Below, piece after piece: positions 42,135-57,050 of a DNA stretch of 64,000 nt. Under the pieces are notes generated by a model that was not told the DNA's origin, ran no database searches, and saw only the letters and a list, made by a program, of their open reading frames with translations. The DNA comes from Octopus vulgaris. Lineage: Eukaryota. The position numbers and the translations under genes were made by a program. How positions within the stretch are numbered: position 1 is the first letter of the stretch; each line of letters starts with the position of its first letter. The stretch is from NCBI GenBank assembly GCA_951406725.2, contig OX597835.1:26164001-26228000 (forward strand), in the 5' to 3' direction.

Positions 42135-43204
<1,070 letters not shown>

Positions 43205-43567
43205 TTGTGGTAACCAAAAAGTCAATTTCACCATGATAAACAAACACGACAAGGAGTTAATGAACTACATAGAAAAAATATCACACATTCTATACCAACA
43301 AAAGTGGAGGAATTTGAAAAATCCACCCCCAAAACACATAAATTAGAGGCTAATAAAAATATGAAGTCGAATTGATTACAATCTTTTGAACAACTTCCGG
43401 TATGAGACTATAGGAGATTTTTCAGATAATCAATAAATAAAACTCTATTAGAAGCGTCTTTCAACGGACACACACTTCAAAAGGACATGGGCCATCCCCC
43501 ACCCCCACTCGAAGTGAATCGAGAAGACAGGTGATTAAGTTCTCCCTTTATTTTTTCTCCAATAAAT

Positions 43568-43960
43568 ATGGTGGCGCTTAGAGTAGAAAGTATCAATGTA
43601 CGTGGTCTGGGATCAGCTTGGAAGGAAGGTCACTTGCTCAACGATCTCAGATCAGGTGACTTAAATATGGTTGCCATTACTGAAACCAGAATTTCTATTT
43701 AGCACGCTCTCAGCCCAATGTTTGATGTCTCAAGGCGTATTCATCTGGTCTGATGGGATGGAGCGGTTGAGTAGCTATAATTTTCCAGAAAGAATCAGGT
43801 TTAGAAATGTAGACGATAGCGGGCTTGGCACGCCGTGATTGGTAATGTGCAGACGCTCGCTGTGGCTACACCACTAACAGATCTTCCTGGACGATGGACC
43901 GGTGTGATCTCTGTAAGACACAATTTTCTGCAGCTGATCTCTATGACGGAGCTGCTACCC
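43568..43960 (+). pseudogene. Tx1/L1-clade ORF2 N-terminus (APE endonuclease), degenerate
   Basis: MVALRVESINVRGLGSAWKEGHLLNDLRS..VAITETR; the right boundary is approximate. Confidence 0.7.
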
Positions 43961-44782
43961 TATGTAAAAATAAAAAAAAAGACCAAACTTAGGCACCTGG
44001 CATCTGGAATGTTACCAGGCACTCTACGAGTCGGGAAATACAGCAGATGAGAGTTCTACAGAAGCAATATATATAAAGCTAGTAGTGGGTTGGAGGGGTG
44101 ACATTCTCGAGGAAATACTTGGCGTCGACGAAGATGAAATAACTTGTCTATTTTGCGACTTTCGGCCAGGGTACTACTGTGGATAACTTCCAGAAATCCA
44201 CAGCCTGGCATGACTTCGGAGGTGCACTGCCAATTCGAGATAAAATCTTTCAGTCGGGATTGCCCGAGCGAAAGGCCCTATTCTAAATGAGTTCCTGTAG
44301 ACTAGAGTGCAGGAGAGAGGGCTCGAGTCTTAGGTGGTCAGAGTAATCGTGGATCTGTGTGTGGGGGTCCTTGATTGACTCTAGTAGGAGTTTCTTTTCT
44401 ATCAGAAGGACTGCATCACTCATGTTATCACATACTTTGAATATTACGCATACTTTTATCGCATTTCAATGTCCTTTCTCCATTCAATTTCTCGCCATCA
44501 TTTACGTCATTCCTCAGACAAATTGTTGTCTGTCCTTGTGATGTTCCTGCCATCCATGCTCCTGAGGCTACAAAAAGAAATCATCATCATCATTATCATC
44601 ATCATCACCCTCATCGTCATCATTATTATTATCTACACAGACGGATATGTGTGTGTGTGTGTGCATATGTTTATGTATACCGACTCTCTTGCTCTTCCCT
44701 TACTCTCCCTCTTTTCAAATCATACGTTTCAGGTACATGACTACAAACACACACACGTTGATACATTGCATCTATCTATAAC

Positions 44783-44830
<48 letters not shown>

Positions 44831-44984
44831 TGTAAAGATACAGACAGACAGACAGACATATACTTATATATGATTATTAAATAATATATAATATATATTT
44901 GTATATGTGTATAAATGTGTATATGTATGCAGACAGACATGTACACGCACATGCCTATATATGTAAGCAAATGACAATACACAA

Positions 44985-45079
<95 letters not shown>

Positions 45080-45257
45080 TATATACATATACACACATAT
45101 TTATAAGTATATATATACACACACACACACACATATATATACATATATGAATGTGTGGATAAAAGTATGTATAAGCATCTGCATTTATATCCCATGCGTG
45201 TGTGTGTATATGTATCTGTCTGTGCGTCTGTGTGTGTGAGTCTGTGCCTGTGTGTGT

Positions 45258-45314
<57 letters not shown>

Positions 45315-45637
45315 TGTGTGTCTATGTCTGTGTATATTATATGTCACTATTTTCTATTCATAGCTGACTTATGCAAAGTTAATCTACCTGTCTATTTCCC
45401 TTCTTGGTGCGTAATTCTAGTTTGATAACTTTCGATCTCTTTTCCTACAGAACCAGCCAACTATCACATATCGATCCCCAAGAATCAATTGCAAACAGAT
45501 GGTTTTCTTTGAATTTCTAAACATCGGGGAAGAACAATCGCACAATACATTATTAAGTTGAAGGCTTGGCTGTATTTTTAAGAAGTTAGAGTTTGGCAAT
45601 CACCATCTTGGGACGATTGGGCCTAGACATCATGGAG

Positions 45638-45695
45638 CCGACTATTTGGCAAACCTATTTGGCAAACCTATTTGGCGGAAAACCTATTTGGCGAC
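45638..45695 (+). repeat. Short tandem repeat, ~14-17-bp unit ctatttggc(aaac)
   Basis: Four copies of ctatttggc. Confidence 0.7.
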
Positions 45696-45787
45696 GGACG
45701 TTGTAGCGCCAGGAAATTGCGTTTTATTACCTGATTATTAAACGAAGGGACAATTGTTGCTATAAAACAGCTATTTATTTTTATCTG

Positions 45788-45858
<71 letters not shown>

Positions 45859-45894
45859 GTCTGTCTGTGTGTCTGTCTGTGTGTCTGTCTTATT

Positions 45895-46162
45895 ATAATA
45901 AGGTGAGAATATAGAGAGGTAATTAATAAATAATAATTTATTATTTACCTCTCTATTTCCTCATCTTATTGTAATATATAAATATATATAAACCATGGTT
46001 TATATACTTACCTTGCAGTTGAGAATTAACTCTGATGTTCAACATTCTTTGTATAGGTAACTAACCGGTACTTTCATCGGATTTTGTTATCCCTCAATGA
46101 GGTTTGTAACCTTTATTTGTGTTTATATATATATAACAAATAAAGGTTACCAACCTCATTCA
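45895..46162. repeat. Two adjacent imperfect foldback hairpins
   Basis: tagagaggtaa..ttacctctcta (45911-45954) and atgaggtttgtaacctttatttgt..acaaataaaggttaccaacctcat (46097-46159). Confidence 0.65.
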
Positions 46163-46407
46163 GAGATGGCTATATATATATATATATATAATCATATATA
46201 AATATATATAAATATAAATGTATATATATTATGTATGTGTATAGATATGCACACACATACACATACATATACATTACGTACATACATACATAAATACATG
46301 CACACAGATACATACATAGATGCATACATTCGTACATACATACATACTCATATATATACACACATACATACATACATACATACGTAGAAACATGCATACA
46401 TACACGC

Positions 46408-46740
46408 ATGAAATTGTATGCAAAGAAAATAGTTGAAACGAAAAAGTTCCTTGACCTGGTTACAACATTCTCAAAGGATATAAAGTTGGAGCTTGGTCAG
46501 GATAAATGTTACTGTATGGTTGTGGAAAGGAGGAAAACTGTAAGACAGGCTAGCAGCCTTAAGTGGTCCCCTCTTTATCTGATGAGAAATGTTACAGATA
46601 TTGGGATGTAGATGAAAACATTTCTTTGGATGGTAACTGTAACAAGACACGTGAGACTAAAAATATTACAGCCAGATGAAGACAATATGGACCTTTGAAC
46701 ACACTGAGTTCAATAAAACAATGCCCTGCAATTTGTTTGC
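46408..46740 (+). pseudogene. R4/Dong-like LINE RT fragment
   Basis: KLYAK..LDLVTTFSKDIKLELGQDKC..ERRK, followed by a decayed YRY.DVDEN block. Confidence 0.7.
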
Positions 46741-46749
46741 ATATATATA

Positions 46750-46979
46750 TTTCTTATTGCCCACAAGGGGCTAAACATAGAGGGGACAAACAAGGACAGA
46801 CAAACGGATTAAGTCGATTATATCGACCCCAGTGCGTAACTGGTACTTAATTTATCCACCCCGATAGGATGAAAGGCAAAGTCGACCTCGGCGGAATTTG
46901 AACTCAGAACGTAACGGCAGACGAAATACCGCTAAGCATTTCGCCCGACGTGCTAACGATTCTGCCAGCTCGCCGCCTT
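46750..46979 (-). mobile_element. Full-length SINE family A immediately 3' of the U2 copy
   Basis: ggcggcgagctggcagaatcgttagcacg..gagttcaaattccgcc..gtgggcaataagaaat on the minus strand. Confidence 0.88.
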
Positions 46980-46989
46980 CAGGGTGGGA

Positions 46990-47163
46990 GTGGGCTGAAT
47001 CCTGGAAGCACTGCAATACCAGGACAACCCGTGGCAAAGGCGGAGCAAGCCCCTAACACTTCACCTCGTTCTAAAAATCAGTTTAATATCGATGGTCCCA
47101 AATAGGGACCGTATCAGATATTAAGCTGATAAGAACAGATACTACACTTTGATCTTAGCCATA
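46990..47163 (-). pseudogene. U2: U2 snRNA copy lacking the first ~15 nt
   Basis: Minus strand: tatggctaagatcaaagtgtagtatctgttcttatcagcttaatatctgatac (branch-point pairing GUAGUA), Sm site gatttttag, 3' stem-loop cctggtattgcagtgcttccagg. Microsatellite lies upstream instead of a promoter. Confidence 0.93.
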
Positions 47164-47345
47164 CATACATGCGATAGATAGATAGATAGATAGATAGAGA
47201 GATAGAGAGAGAGAGAGAGAAGGAGAGAGAGAGAGAGAGAGGGATAGATAGATAGATTGTAGTTTGACAGAAGCTAAACCGCTCTCACACATACACTAAC
47301 ACACATAAACACAGACACAAAGACAGACAGACATACACACACACA

Positions 47346-47720
47346 TCTATTATATAAAATCCGTTCTGTGTGGGTATGTGTGTGTGTGTGTGTCTTCTAG
47401 GATATTGGGCATCCTTCGTCCGATTGCGCCCAAATTTGATATGTAGATACCGACGGTATCAGAGCGTGTATAAGTTTTGAAAAAATTGCAAAAATCGATT
47501 CCAGGTGAGAATGCGATCGATAAAGCCGTGGGAATGTGCATTTGTAAAATCGTTTTTCTTGGAATAGAAAAAAGTCTATCTTTATTTCTTCTTTTGCTGG
47601 TGTCTCAAATTTAGGTTAAATCAGTGTTTCTCAAAGGGGAGGCCTATATGACGGTCGGACAAGTTGTTTTGAGAAAATTTGGTTTAAATGTTTGACAACT
47701 CAGCACCGTCCATTGGACGG
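47346..47720 (+). mobile_element. Helitron-like 5' fragment
   Basis: TCTATTATATAAAA..(GT)n..ccgattgcgcccaaatttg architecture similar to 28908; no 3' CTAG seen. Confidence 0.45.
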
Positions 47721-47869
47721 GGGACGTTTTGCTCGTATGTATGTCGGCTGGTACTCATTTTCAAATGACAAGTAGAACGGTGTGTGAAATGATGTAACTT
47801 ATTCAAGCGCTCGCCGTTTCAGGAAGTGAACAAGCGAACTTCTGATCACGAGCCATTTATCACACATGG

Positions 47870-48235
47870 CTCTAGTAACACATGAATGGATGGCTGAAAA
47901 TATTTTATGATAACATAGTCCCTAACATTTGATCTTCTAATTCCCCAGATCTCAATCCATTGGACTATTACATGTGGAGTGTTTTGAAAGCTGCCATAGT
48001 TAGAGTAATGTCTAAAATGAACCAGGACCACTTGGTTAGAGCATGTAGATGATTAGATCTCATATAGAAGCAGTTATTGAAGCTGAAGGTGGCTTTATTG
48101 GAGAACCTTATAGAAAAGAAGGTTTATTTTTATTCTCATAGCGTTTTTTGATAAATAAAGTTGTTATCTCTTATTATATATCTGTCTAATTTTTATAAAC
48201 ATAAATCTGTCCTCAGATATCTTACGCAGCCTGTA
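47870..48235 (+). mobile_element. Tc1/mariner (DDxD-type) 3' relic
   Basis: NSPDLNPLDYYMWSVL, DHLVRACR, and a terminal cagcctgta. Confidence 0.65.
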
Positions 48236-48342
48236 CGTCTGCATATAACAAATCAGAATATTTATTCACTCAGGTCATTCTGGAGCTTATTTCGTATTAG
48301 TGGGGGATTCATACATACATAAATACATACGTATGCATATAC

Positions 48343-48393
<51 letters not shown>

Positions 48394-48537
48394 CGCATAT
48401 ATATATACACACATATATGAACATATGTTCGTGTATATCCGTTAGTGTGTGTATGAGTGTTTGTGTATTGCGAGTGATAGATAGATATGTATATATGCAT
48501 ATATGTATGGATATGTATGCATAATACACACACACAT

Positions 48538-48612
<75 letters not shown>

Positions 48613-48777
48613 CATCTAAAAGATTTTATGAACGATGTATCCCGAAGCAACTTTGGGTATAAATAATACCTTACAATATATTGGGTGGAAGTACGTAGCA
48701 AAGCCGATATTTATCTCCATCTTCAGCGCATGTCATATACATACATAGATATATACATATATACATACATAACATAA

Positions 48778-48847
<70 letters not shown>

Positions 48848-48860
48848 CCATGTATATATA

Positions 48861-48909
<49 letters not shown>

Positions 48910-49261
48910 ATGCTTCTAAACATGCCTTTAGGAAGTTAACTCTATGTTGAAAACTTTCAAATGGAATTTTCTAGAAAGGCAATTTCATGGATGGGTAGGA
49001 AATTTTCAGTTTCTCTGCAGAAAAGTTCCTTGCGGGTAGTTTTACACCTAACTACTGGGTAGCTATTGTCTGCGAAAGGATTCATTCTTTAAACACAACT
49101 TGGCGACAGACAAAGCTCTCTCTAGCAGAATACTTGCTGTGAGCTAACATCGTGATGATTTCCTTGGTATCGTGTATTAGCATCTGACAGACTTTGCTTA
49201 TGTCCTTAATGCATTGACGTAATTTCATAGCCTCAGTTCTACATAAATTTATATGTACATT

Positions 49262-50262
49262 AGTGGAGGCGCAGTGGCCCAGTAGTTATGAAGATACCGA
49301 CGGTATCTGAGCGTGTATAAGTCTTGAAAAAATTACAAAAATCGATTCCAGGTGAGAATGCGATCGATAAAGCCGTGGGAACGTGCATTTGTAAAATCGT
49401 TTTTCTTGGAATAGAAAAAAGTCTATCTTTATTTCTTCTTTTGATGGTGTCTCAAATTTAGGTTAAATCAGTGTTTCTCAAAGGGGAGGCCTATGGGACG
49501 GTCGGACAAGTTGTTGAGAAAACTTGTTTTTAAATGTTTGACAACTCAGCACCGTCCATTGTACATTATTGGAGGCGCAGTGGCCCGGTGGTTAGGGCAG
49601 TGGACTCGCGGTCGTAGGATCGCGGTTTCGATTCCCAGACCGGTGGGTGTGAGTGTTTATTGAGCGAAAATACCTAAAGTCCGACGAGGCTCCGGCAGGG
49701 GTTGGTGGCGAACCCTGATGTACTCTCTCACCACAACTTTCTCTTACTCTTTCTTCCTGTTTCTGTTGTACCTGTAATTCAAAGGGTCAGCCTTGTCACA
49801 CTCTGTGTCACACTGAATTAATTTCATAGCCTCAGTTCTACATAAATTTATATGTACATTAGTGGAGGCGCAGTGGCACAGTGGTCAGGGCAGTGGACTC
49901 GCGGTCGTAGGATCGCGGTTTCGATTCCCAGACCAGGTGGGTGTGAGTGTTTATTGAGCGAAAACACCTAAAGCTCCACGAGGCTCCGGTAGGGGTTGGT
50001 GGCGAACCCGCCTGATGTACTCTTTCACCACAACTTTCTCTTACTCTTTCTTCCTGTTTCTGTTGTACCTGTAATTCAAAGGGCCAGCCTTGTCACACTC
50101 TGTGTCACTGAATATCCCCGAGGAATACGTTAAAGGTACACGTGTCTGTGGAGTGCTCAGCCACTTGCACGTTAATTTCACGAACAAGTTGTACCGTTGA
50201 TCGATTCAATAGGAATCCCCGTTGTCGCAACCGACGGAGTACCACGAAAGATGTACATTAGT
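49262..50262 (+). mobile_element. Array of family-B SINE starts/copies with duplicated flank
   Basis: Heads at ~49264, 49571 and 49864; the flank aatttcatagcctcagttctacataaatttatatgtacattagt is repeated (49221, 49820); TSD-like atgtacattagt at 50251. Confidence 0.82.
49292..49561 (+). repeat. Direct copy of 47445-47715 embedded in a SINE array
   Basis: agataccgacggtatc..cagcaccgtccattg is near-identical at both sites. Confidence 0.85.
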
Positions 50263-50444
50263 TGGGAACTTACAGTATAAATTATACGATTATATATATC
50301 TCGCAAAATAACGATGATCAGTTCTAATGTACCTTTTGGAAGAAGACATCTCTTGTTGCTGCCTTTCCGTTATAAATTGCAAATAGGCACCTTAATAAAA
50401 TATTATTCCCACTTTCGAAATCAGTCAATATTTCCTATGCACAT

Positions 50445-50590
50445 GAGTGGTTGTGTGTTAAGTAGCTTGCTTACCAACCACATGGTTCCGGGTTCAGTCC
50501 CACTGCGTGGCACGTTGGGCAAGTGTCTTCTACTATAAATTCGGGATGACCAAATCCTTGTGAGTGGATTTGGTAGAGGGAAACTGATAC
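50445..50590 (+). mobile_element. SINE family C 5' half (other partials at ~25950-26090 - and ~53010-53195 +)
   Basis: tRNA-like head and central domain. Confidence 0.78.
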
Positions 50591-50809
50591 ATACATATTT
50601 AAAATTATACTCCCTAATAATATTATTATATATATACATACATACATACATACATACATACATACATACATACATACATACATACATACATACATACATG
50701 CATACATACATACATATATATATATACATACATACATACATATATATATATATACATATATATATATACATATATATATACATATATATATATACATATA
50801 TATATATAC

Positions 50810-50890
<81 letters not shown>

Positions 50891-51096
50891 ATATATATAT
50901 ATATATACATACATAGATAGCGTGAGACGGGGCCAGAACATGGCAGACGTATGTCGTTTCATATGTTTACAAGTCTGTTAGCTCATGTATTCAAGTTCAT
51001 TATTTACAAAAATATACTTACACAAATAAACATAGACTTATACCGAACAGTAGACACAAAACTACACTAGCTACAACTTGTACAGACATATAAACA

Positions 51097-51182
<86 letters not shown>

Positions 51183-51190
51183 CATATATA

Positions 51191-51264
<74 letters not shown>

Positions 51265-53857
51265 AACATATATATTGTGTATGTATATATAAAAATATGT
51301 TGTATATACATATTGTGTTATATAAATTGTGTGTATATATTAGTTATATATATATGTACTATATATTATATATTATATGTATGTGTGTTTATGTGTGTGT
51401 GAGTGTATGCGTGTGTGTGAATGTGTAAATGAGGAAATGCAACTATCTCTACAGCTGTAAACATTGTCAGCGGAGACAGGGTGTTGAGTGACGTCATTGT
51501 AATTGTTATTTTTGTTATTTTGCTTTTTGTTATTCTGTTTGCTACTATTGTCTTTGCTATTATCACATCTGATAATATTCTATCCACGTCCACTTTTGAC
51601 CTTCCTGATTAGGCATTGACTTTCTTCCCCTTTTTTATGTTTTTTTTTTTTTGAGGGTGCCATATTTAAGATTCAGATGTTCTCACAAGACTGTGTAATC
51701 CTTATGTTCAAAATGGCGCTATGGTCACCGTTTGCCGATCTCTTGAATCGCTATGTGACGACGTGCGATAGTTTGATATTATATTGCTCAATGAGTTATG
51801 ATGCTTTCCTGCAGCATCTCCTTTGACTATGCGAATGTGTATCCGGCAGACGAATAGAGGGACATAAAGACACGCAGATAGACAGCTAGACAGACAAAAG
51901 ACATGCAGATAGACAGACATATAGACAGGCAGAAAGGCAGACAAATTGTGGGCAGCCAGTCATGGAGATTCACTTATTCAGGTTGTCATGACATTTATTT
52001 AACCACAGGTTTAATCCTCAAGAAATAGTCCTGGATCCGCAATGACCTTCGTTTTTGTTATTGCAGTCATTGTGTATCTTGGACTGCGGGGAGGCACGTG
52101 TCTCAATGGTTAGGGTGTTGGAGTCATGATCGTAAGATTGTGTTCTCGATTCCTGGGCCGGGCGATGCATTGTGTTTCTTGAGCAAAACAATCCTTTTCA
52201 CGTTGTCCTAGTCCTCTCATTTGGCAAAAGTGAGTTATCCTGCGACGGACTGGCGTCCCATCCGGGTGGGGAATTTATACGCCATCGAAACCGAAAAACC
52301 GGCCCTTATGGGTCGCTATGACTCGAGAAGGAAGGCATCTTGGACTACATTATCCAATGCACCAGGATCTTCTTATCCACCTGGGCGTTCAGTAACCTCT
52401 TTCTGTATTTTCAATACATACCATAACGGCTTCTGTTCCTCGAGTTTGGATGGTCTCGTACCTCCTCGATCCAAACCCCTCCGATAGGCTGATCTTTCCA
52501 CCTGTTATCACCTTTGTGTCATCCGACATGTCCGACACGACACAAACCGTTACGAAGCAAGCACTGACTCGGGTCCCAGAAATCATAGGACCAGTTACCC
52601 AGTTTACATTTCGTATAAGTATTTGAAATCACAGCATCTCCCTGAAAGGGAGAGCTATCTGTTTGCTGGGTTACTAATTGAGCGGATACGACCATTCTGA
52701 TGCTGAGGCCTTGAATTAAGATCATATTGTCTGTGTGTATGTGTGTACGTTTTTATCCTTGTTTCGGCGCCACCGTTAAAAAACCGGTATTGGTTTAGTT
52801 ACGTCTCATAATTTTGAGGTTAAGCAAATATACTGGATTATATAGGACTGGCCAGGTTTCAGTCCTTTGTAGGACGATGGCCTCAGGATATTCGCTCCAC
52901 TACATACGGCCTGATGTAGAGGCTGTGAATTTGAGCTTCAGATCGTATTGGCTTGTATATATATGTGTGTGTATGTGTGCGTTTTTGTGCATGCGTGTGC
53001 GTGTTTGTTTTCTTTTGGGCACTACTGCTCGACAACCGATGTTGGTTTCTTTACGTCCCATAACTTTGATATTAGGAAAAAACGCTACAATAAGTATAGA
53101 CTAAATACTGAGCACTGCGGTCAATTCATTCGACTAAAAGCTTTCAAGGTCGTGCTCCAGTTTGGCCGCAGATCTGAAATAATTAAAACATATAAGATAT
53201 GACTTATTTCATTTTGTGCCTAACATTATCAAGTAATTGCTGTTGTTTAGCTGCCTTAAAGCCTCCATTACACGGACATAAATTTAAAAGACAGTCTAGC
53301 CATGACCATCTCAGTATTGCTTTTTTTAGTCATAATATATCTAGGAATACGTTATCCAATGTGTCCTTCATTTCTTAAGACAGTGGTACTATTGTATTAT
53401 TTTCTGGTTTCGGCGCCAAAAACCCTGGTTTAGAGTATTTAAAACTACTCGAATAATAAAATAGTCAGAAAACTTTAGATAATTAATGTAAAATACACTA
53501 AGGATACTGAGAAAATTTGAATAATAGAATAAGTAATAGAATAATTAGAACTAGAATAATAGAATGAGTGATCCGGTGATTCATCCGAAATAGGATCAGA
53601 TAGGCAGCCATTGGTTACATCGTTGATGGAGTAAAGTCACACGACGGCTTAACTGGGCCCGGTTTCTTCAATGGTAGCTATTTTATATAGTTGACATGAA
53701 ATTAATATTGACGCCTGCCATATATCCTGTATATATGTATGTGGCTGGGTAGGGGTAGAGAAAGAGAGAGAGAGAGATAGAAAGAGTGTTCGTCTATATG
53801 ACTATATATATATATTTTATATACATATATATGTATATATATGCCTGTTGGTATAGC

Positions 53858-53888
<31 letters not shown>

Positions 53889-53889
53889 G

Positions 53890-53940
<51 letters not shown>

Positions 53941-54021
53941 CAATTGCAGCGTGGGAGGTGTTTATAAGCCATTTAAGAAACACACAAAAGCCGTTCGATT
54001 CACTCCAACATTTAAGTTTAA

Positions 54022-54071
54022 TTTGTCAAAATATTTTCGTCGCTAAAATCCGCGACCTGTTCACTGACAAA
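54022..54071 (-). ncRNA. Minimal type I hammerhead ribozyme, G3-C8 variant (mirror copy)
   Basis: Exact reverse complement of 58728-58777. Confidence 0.75.
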
Positions 54072-55035
54072 GTCCGTGCTGCATCTAAGAAAGTAACAGT
54101 TAGTTCGTCATATATATGTATGTACGTATGTATGTGTGTATGTATGCATACATGTGTGTATGTATGTACGTATTCATGTCCGCACATACGCCTGTGTATG
54201 CATGTATGTATGTATGTATGTATATATGTATGTGTGTGTATAAGCACGCACATACACTCTATAAAACATAAAGTTATAAACCTGTAGCGATGGATGGATG
54301 TAGAGTGACCACTCATCACAACGCTATCAAATTTCAACTCCCTACGGCCGAGGCTAGAAAGTGAATTTATGACGCTTGCTCACAAGAACTATACCCTAAA
54401 ATCTATTATCAGATTTTTATCTCTATATCACAGAACTAATGTTTTACTATTGTTCGTATGTATGTATGTATGTGCGTATGTATGTATGTATGTATGTATG
54501 TATGTATGTATGTATGTATGTATGTATGTACATACGTACGCATGTGCGTATGTATGTATACGCGCCCGTATGCATGTGCCCATGTATGTGTGTGTGTACA
54601 TGTACGTGCGTATGTACGTGTGTATGCCCATACGTAGGTATGTATGTATGTTTGTATTCATGTGCTACGTATGTATGTGAGTGTCTAGGAGAATGGGCAG
54701 ATGTGTCCGTGAGAGTGTGTACATGTGTATGTGTATGTGAACGTATGTCCGTGTACTGGCATGTGTCCGTCCAAGTTGTGTACATGACTGTTACTTAGCT
54801 GAAGGTTGTATACATATTTACATATATGTTTGTATAGACGCACACACATATATATATATGTGTGTGGGTGTGTGTTTGTTCCTCTCATCGTCGTCTAACC
54901 GTGAATGGGTACAACGCCTAGGTGCGACTGTTCGTATCAAACAACGTCTGCTCATACCGTTGTATATAACTGCACATACGCATTGCAACCTGTATGTAAG
55001 GACTACAGGTGAAAGGGAGAGAGAGAGAGGGGTGG

Positions 55036-57026
55036 TTATAGAATAGTCCTTCTGAATGGGATCTGGATGTTATTCCATTCGGACTTTCGGTTGAGAGTAG
55101 GTTTGTATTCTTGTATACAAACAGCTTCTGTGACCTGTCTCAACATTGCATCGGTGGGATGTGTAGATAGGATGTTCAACTTAAGCTCCCCTAAGGATCC
55201 CTTGTGGCAGTCTACAGCATGTTGGTAGAAGATGGAGTTTGGCTTCCTTTCAATGTAGTTGTCCAGGTGTTCTTTGAACCTATCATTGATGCTTCTAGAG
55301 GTCTCACCTATGTATGACTCCGGGTTAGCCGCGGAAGCTCCCTCCTGGCACTTAATCTGGTATACAGTGCCCTTGGTTTTACAATTTACGTGTGGATTTG
55401 TCGAACACACTGCACAATTACTCTGACAGGTGATTCTATCAAATGGATATGATCTGCATAATGCCGATTTGATAGTCCTACCTGTCTTTTCTACAACTTT
55501 AACTTTTAGGCCCGTAGTGCGCAGGACTTTCTTGAATGCCTTACTTAGCTCGTTCATAGGTGTGGCGTCAACGAACATCACTCCGTGAAATCTCCTGTTA
55601 TCGTACCAAGTAACGTTTCTCATCTTTTTGTTGGTGTCCCTCTCTAACCTATTCCAGAACTTGTTGCGGTACAGGGGGCATATACCGTTTTCGTCGTTCC
55701 CTAGAATGCGTTCGAATCTAGCTTTCGCTCCTTTGTACACCCTGACTCTATCGTCTTGTGTGTATCCGGAACGTTGCATTCGGAATATGTAGTGCTGGAT
55801 GTGTTGTCGTTCTTGTGGTTGGCATAGTGGTGATACATTCCTCATTACTCTAATTAAGTCTGCCACTAGGATGTTGAGTTTGGCAGTATCCGACACAGCT
55901 GAGTCACTACGGATTACTAGTGGATTAGCCATCGGTTTCTGATAGTGTGAGTGGAGTATACATGGTTTAATGGTACCATTAACTATAGCGTCTTCCATCC
56001 ATAGCTCAGTATCTAGGACGGGTAATCGTTTACTGGGGTGTCTAGAGGGGTAGTCTATGGTAAGTTTTATACTGCTGTGGATAGAGTCAGCTATGTGTTG
56101 TATAGATGTCATCACCTGTTCTTCACTTGGTAGAGGGCCCATAACTGTGTCTGTATTACATTTCACAACAAGGTTAATGTCGTCGACGTAACGAGAGTAC
56201 ATAGCCAAGTGGATGTTACGGTTTGCTAGGCACTGTTTAAAACGCTTGTCCCACCATACCATGAAGAGGTTAGCAACGTCACCGGCGATCCCCACTCCAA
56301 TAGCACCGCCTTTCGTTTGCTTATACAGTTTGTTGTCAAATTTAAAAATATGTGTTTTTAGCGTAAATCTCAGGCTGACACCGATGGCATGTGCGATGGT
56401 GGTTCTAATATCGTGTGCACTTGAGGGTGGGTAGTCCGGCTTTGTCCATCCCTGCCAACGCTCACAGTGAGTCTTCCTGTAAGCCGAGGTAATGGTAGGT
56501 GGTCTACCGCGTTTGTTACGGGTGGGACAAGCATATAGAAGGTTATTGCGCGACAGGTATTCATTGGTACACGTCAGGGCCAGGAAGAGCCCTAGTTCAT
56601 ATACATCCACATTCTTAAATATCATACCACTCTCACTAACTATTTCTATACATTTATCGACAGCAAAGTCTATATCGATGGAGGGGTATAGTGATACCAC
56701 ATCCATGCTACCCACGATGTGGTTCTTGAGGTCACACGTGTTGTTGCATTCGCGGATCCTGCTAAGGAGGTCCTCAGTACTGTCACATACATCTGCAGAT
56801 AGTTCTATTAACGGTCGTAGGAATTGTGAGAGAAAGTATGATATTTTGTGGTTGTTTGCATTGTTGGCACCACAAACGGGTCGGGTGGGTGGCCCAAGTA
56901 TATTGTCCGTGTGGCTCTTGTGATCTTTGCGAAGGCCATATAGGGGTGGGATTTCGTTGTTGGTGGTTAAGAAGTTGTTAGCTGTGCGCTTCTCCGACTG
57001 GAGAATTATACTCCAATTATTCCGGA
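55036..57026 (-). CDS. Penelope-like element polyprotein, 5'-truncated: reverse transcriptase + C-terminal GIY-YIG endonuclease
   Basis: Open 665-aa frame with RT motifs LYGLRKDHK, TRPV, SMDVVSLYPSI, QTKGGAIG, RYVDD, LPVLD. These are followed by Cys-rich CQSNCAVC and GIY-YIG VYQIKC..SYIGETSRSINDRFKEH..RQVTEAVCIQ..PTLN. Confidence 0.93.
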
Positions 57027-57050
57027 TACACACAAGACGATAGAGTCAGG

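Noticed and set aside
45638-45695. CRISPR-like array
   Set aside because: Eukaryotic context, very short repeats and no unique spacers.
46990-47163. Functional U2 gene or U2-targeted retrotransposon (Utopia/Keno) site
   Set aside because: The 5' end is missing and replaced by microsatellite; U2 is not split internally by a LINE.
48700-48730. Minus-strand CTGAAGA followed by a short stem
   Set aside because: Lacks the GAAA half of the core.
52389-52725. Higher-complexity block with short ORFs
   Set aside because: No recognisable domain, splice pattern or RNA fold.
55036-57033. Naiad/Chlamys-type (selenoprotein) PLE
   Set aside because: The GIY-YIG domain is C-terminal here and there is no in-frame TGA in the visible ORF.
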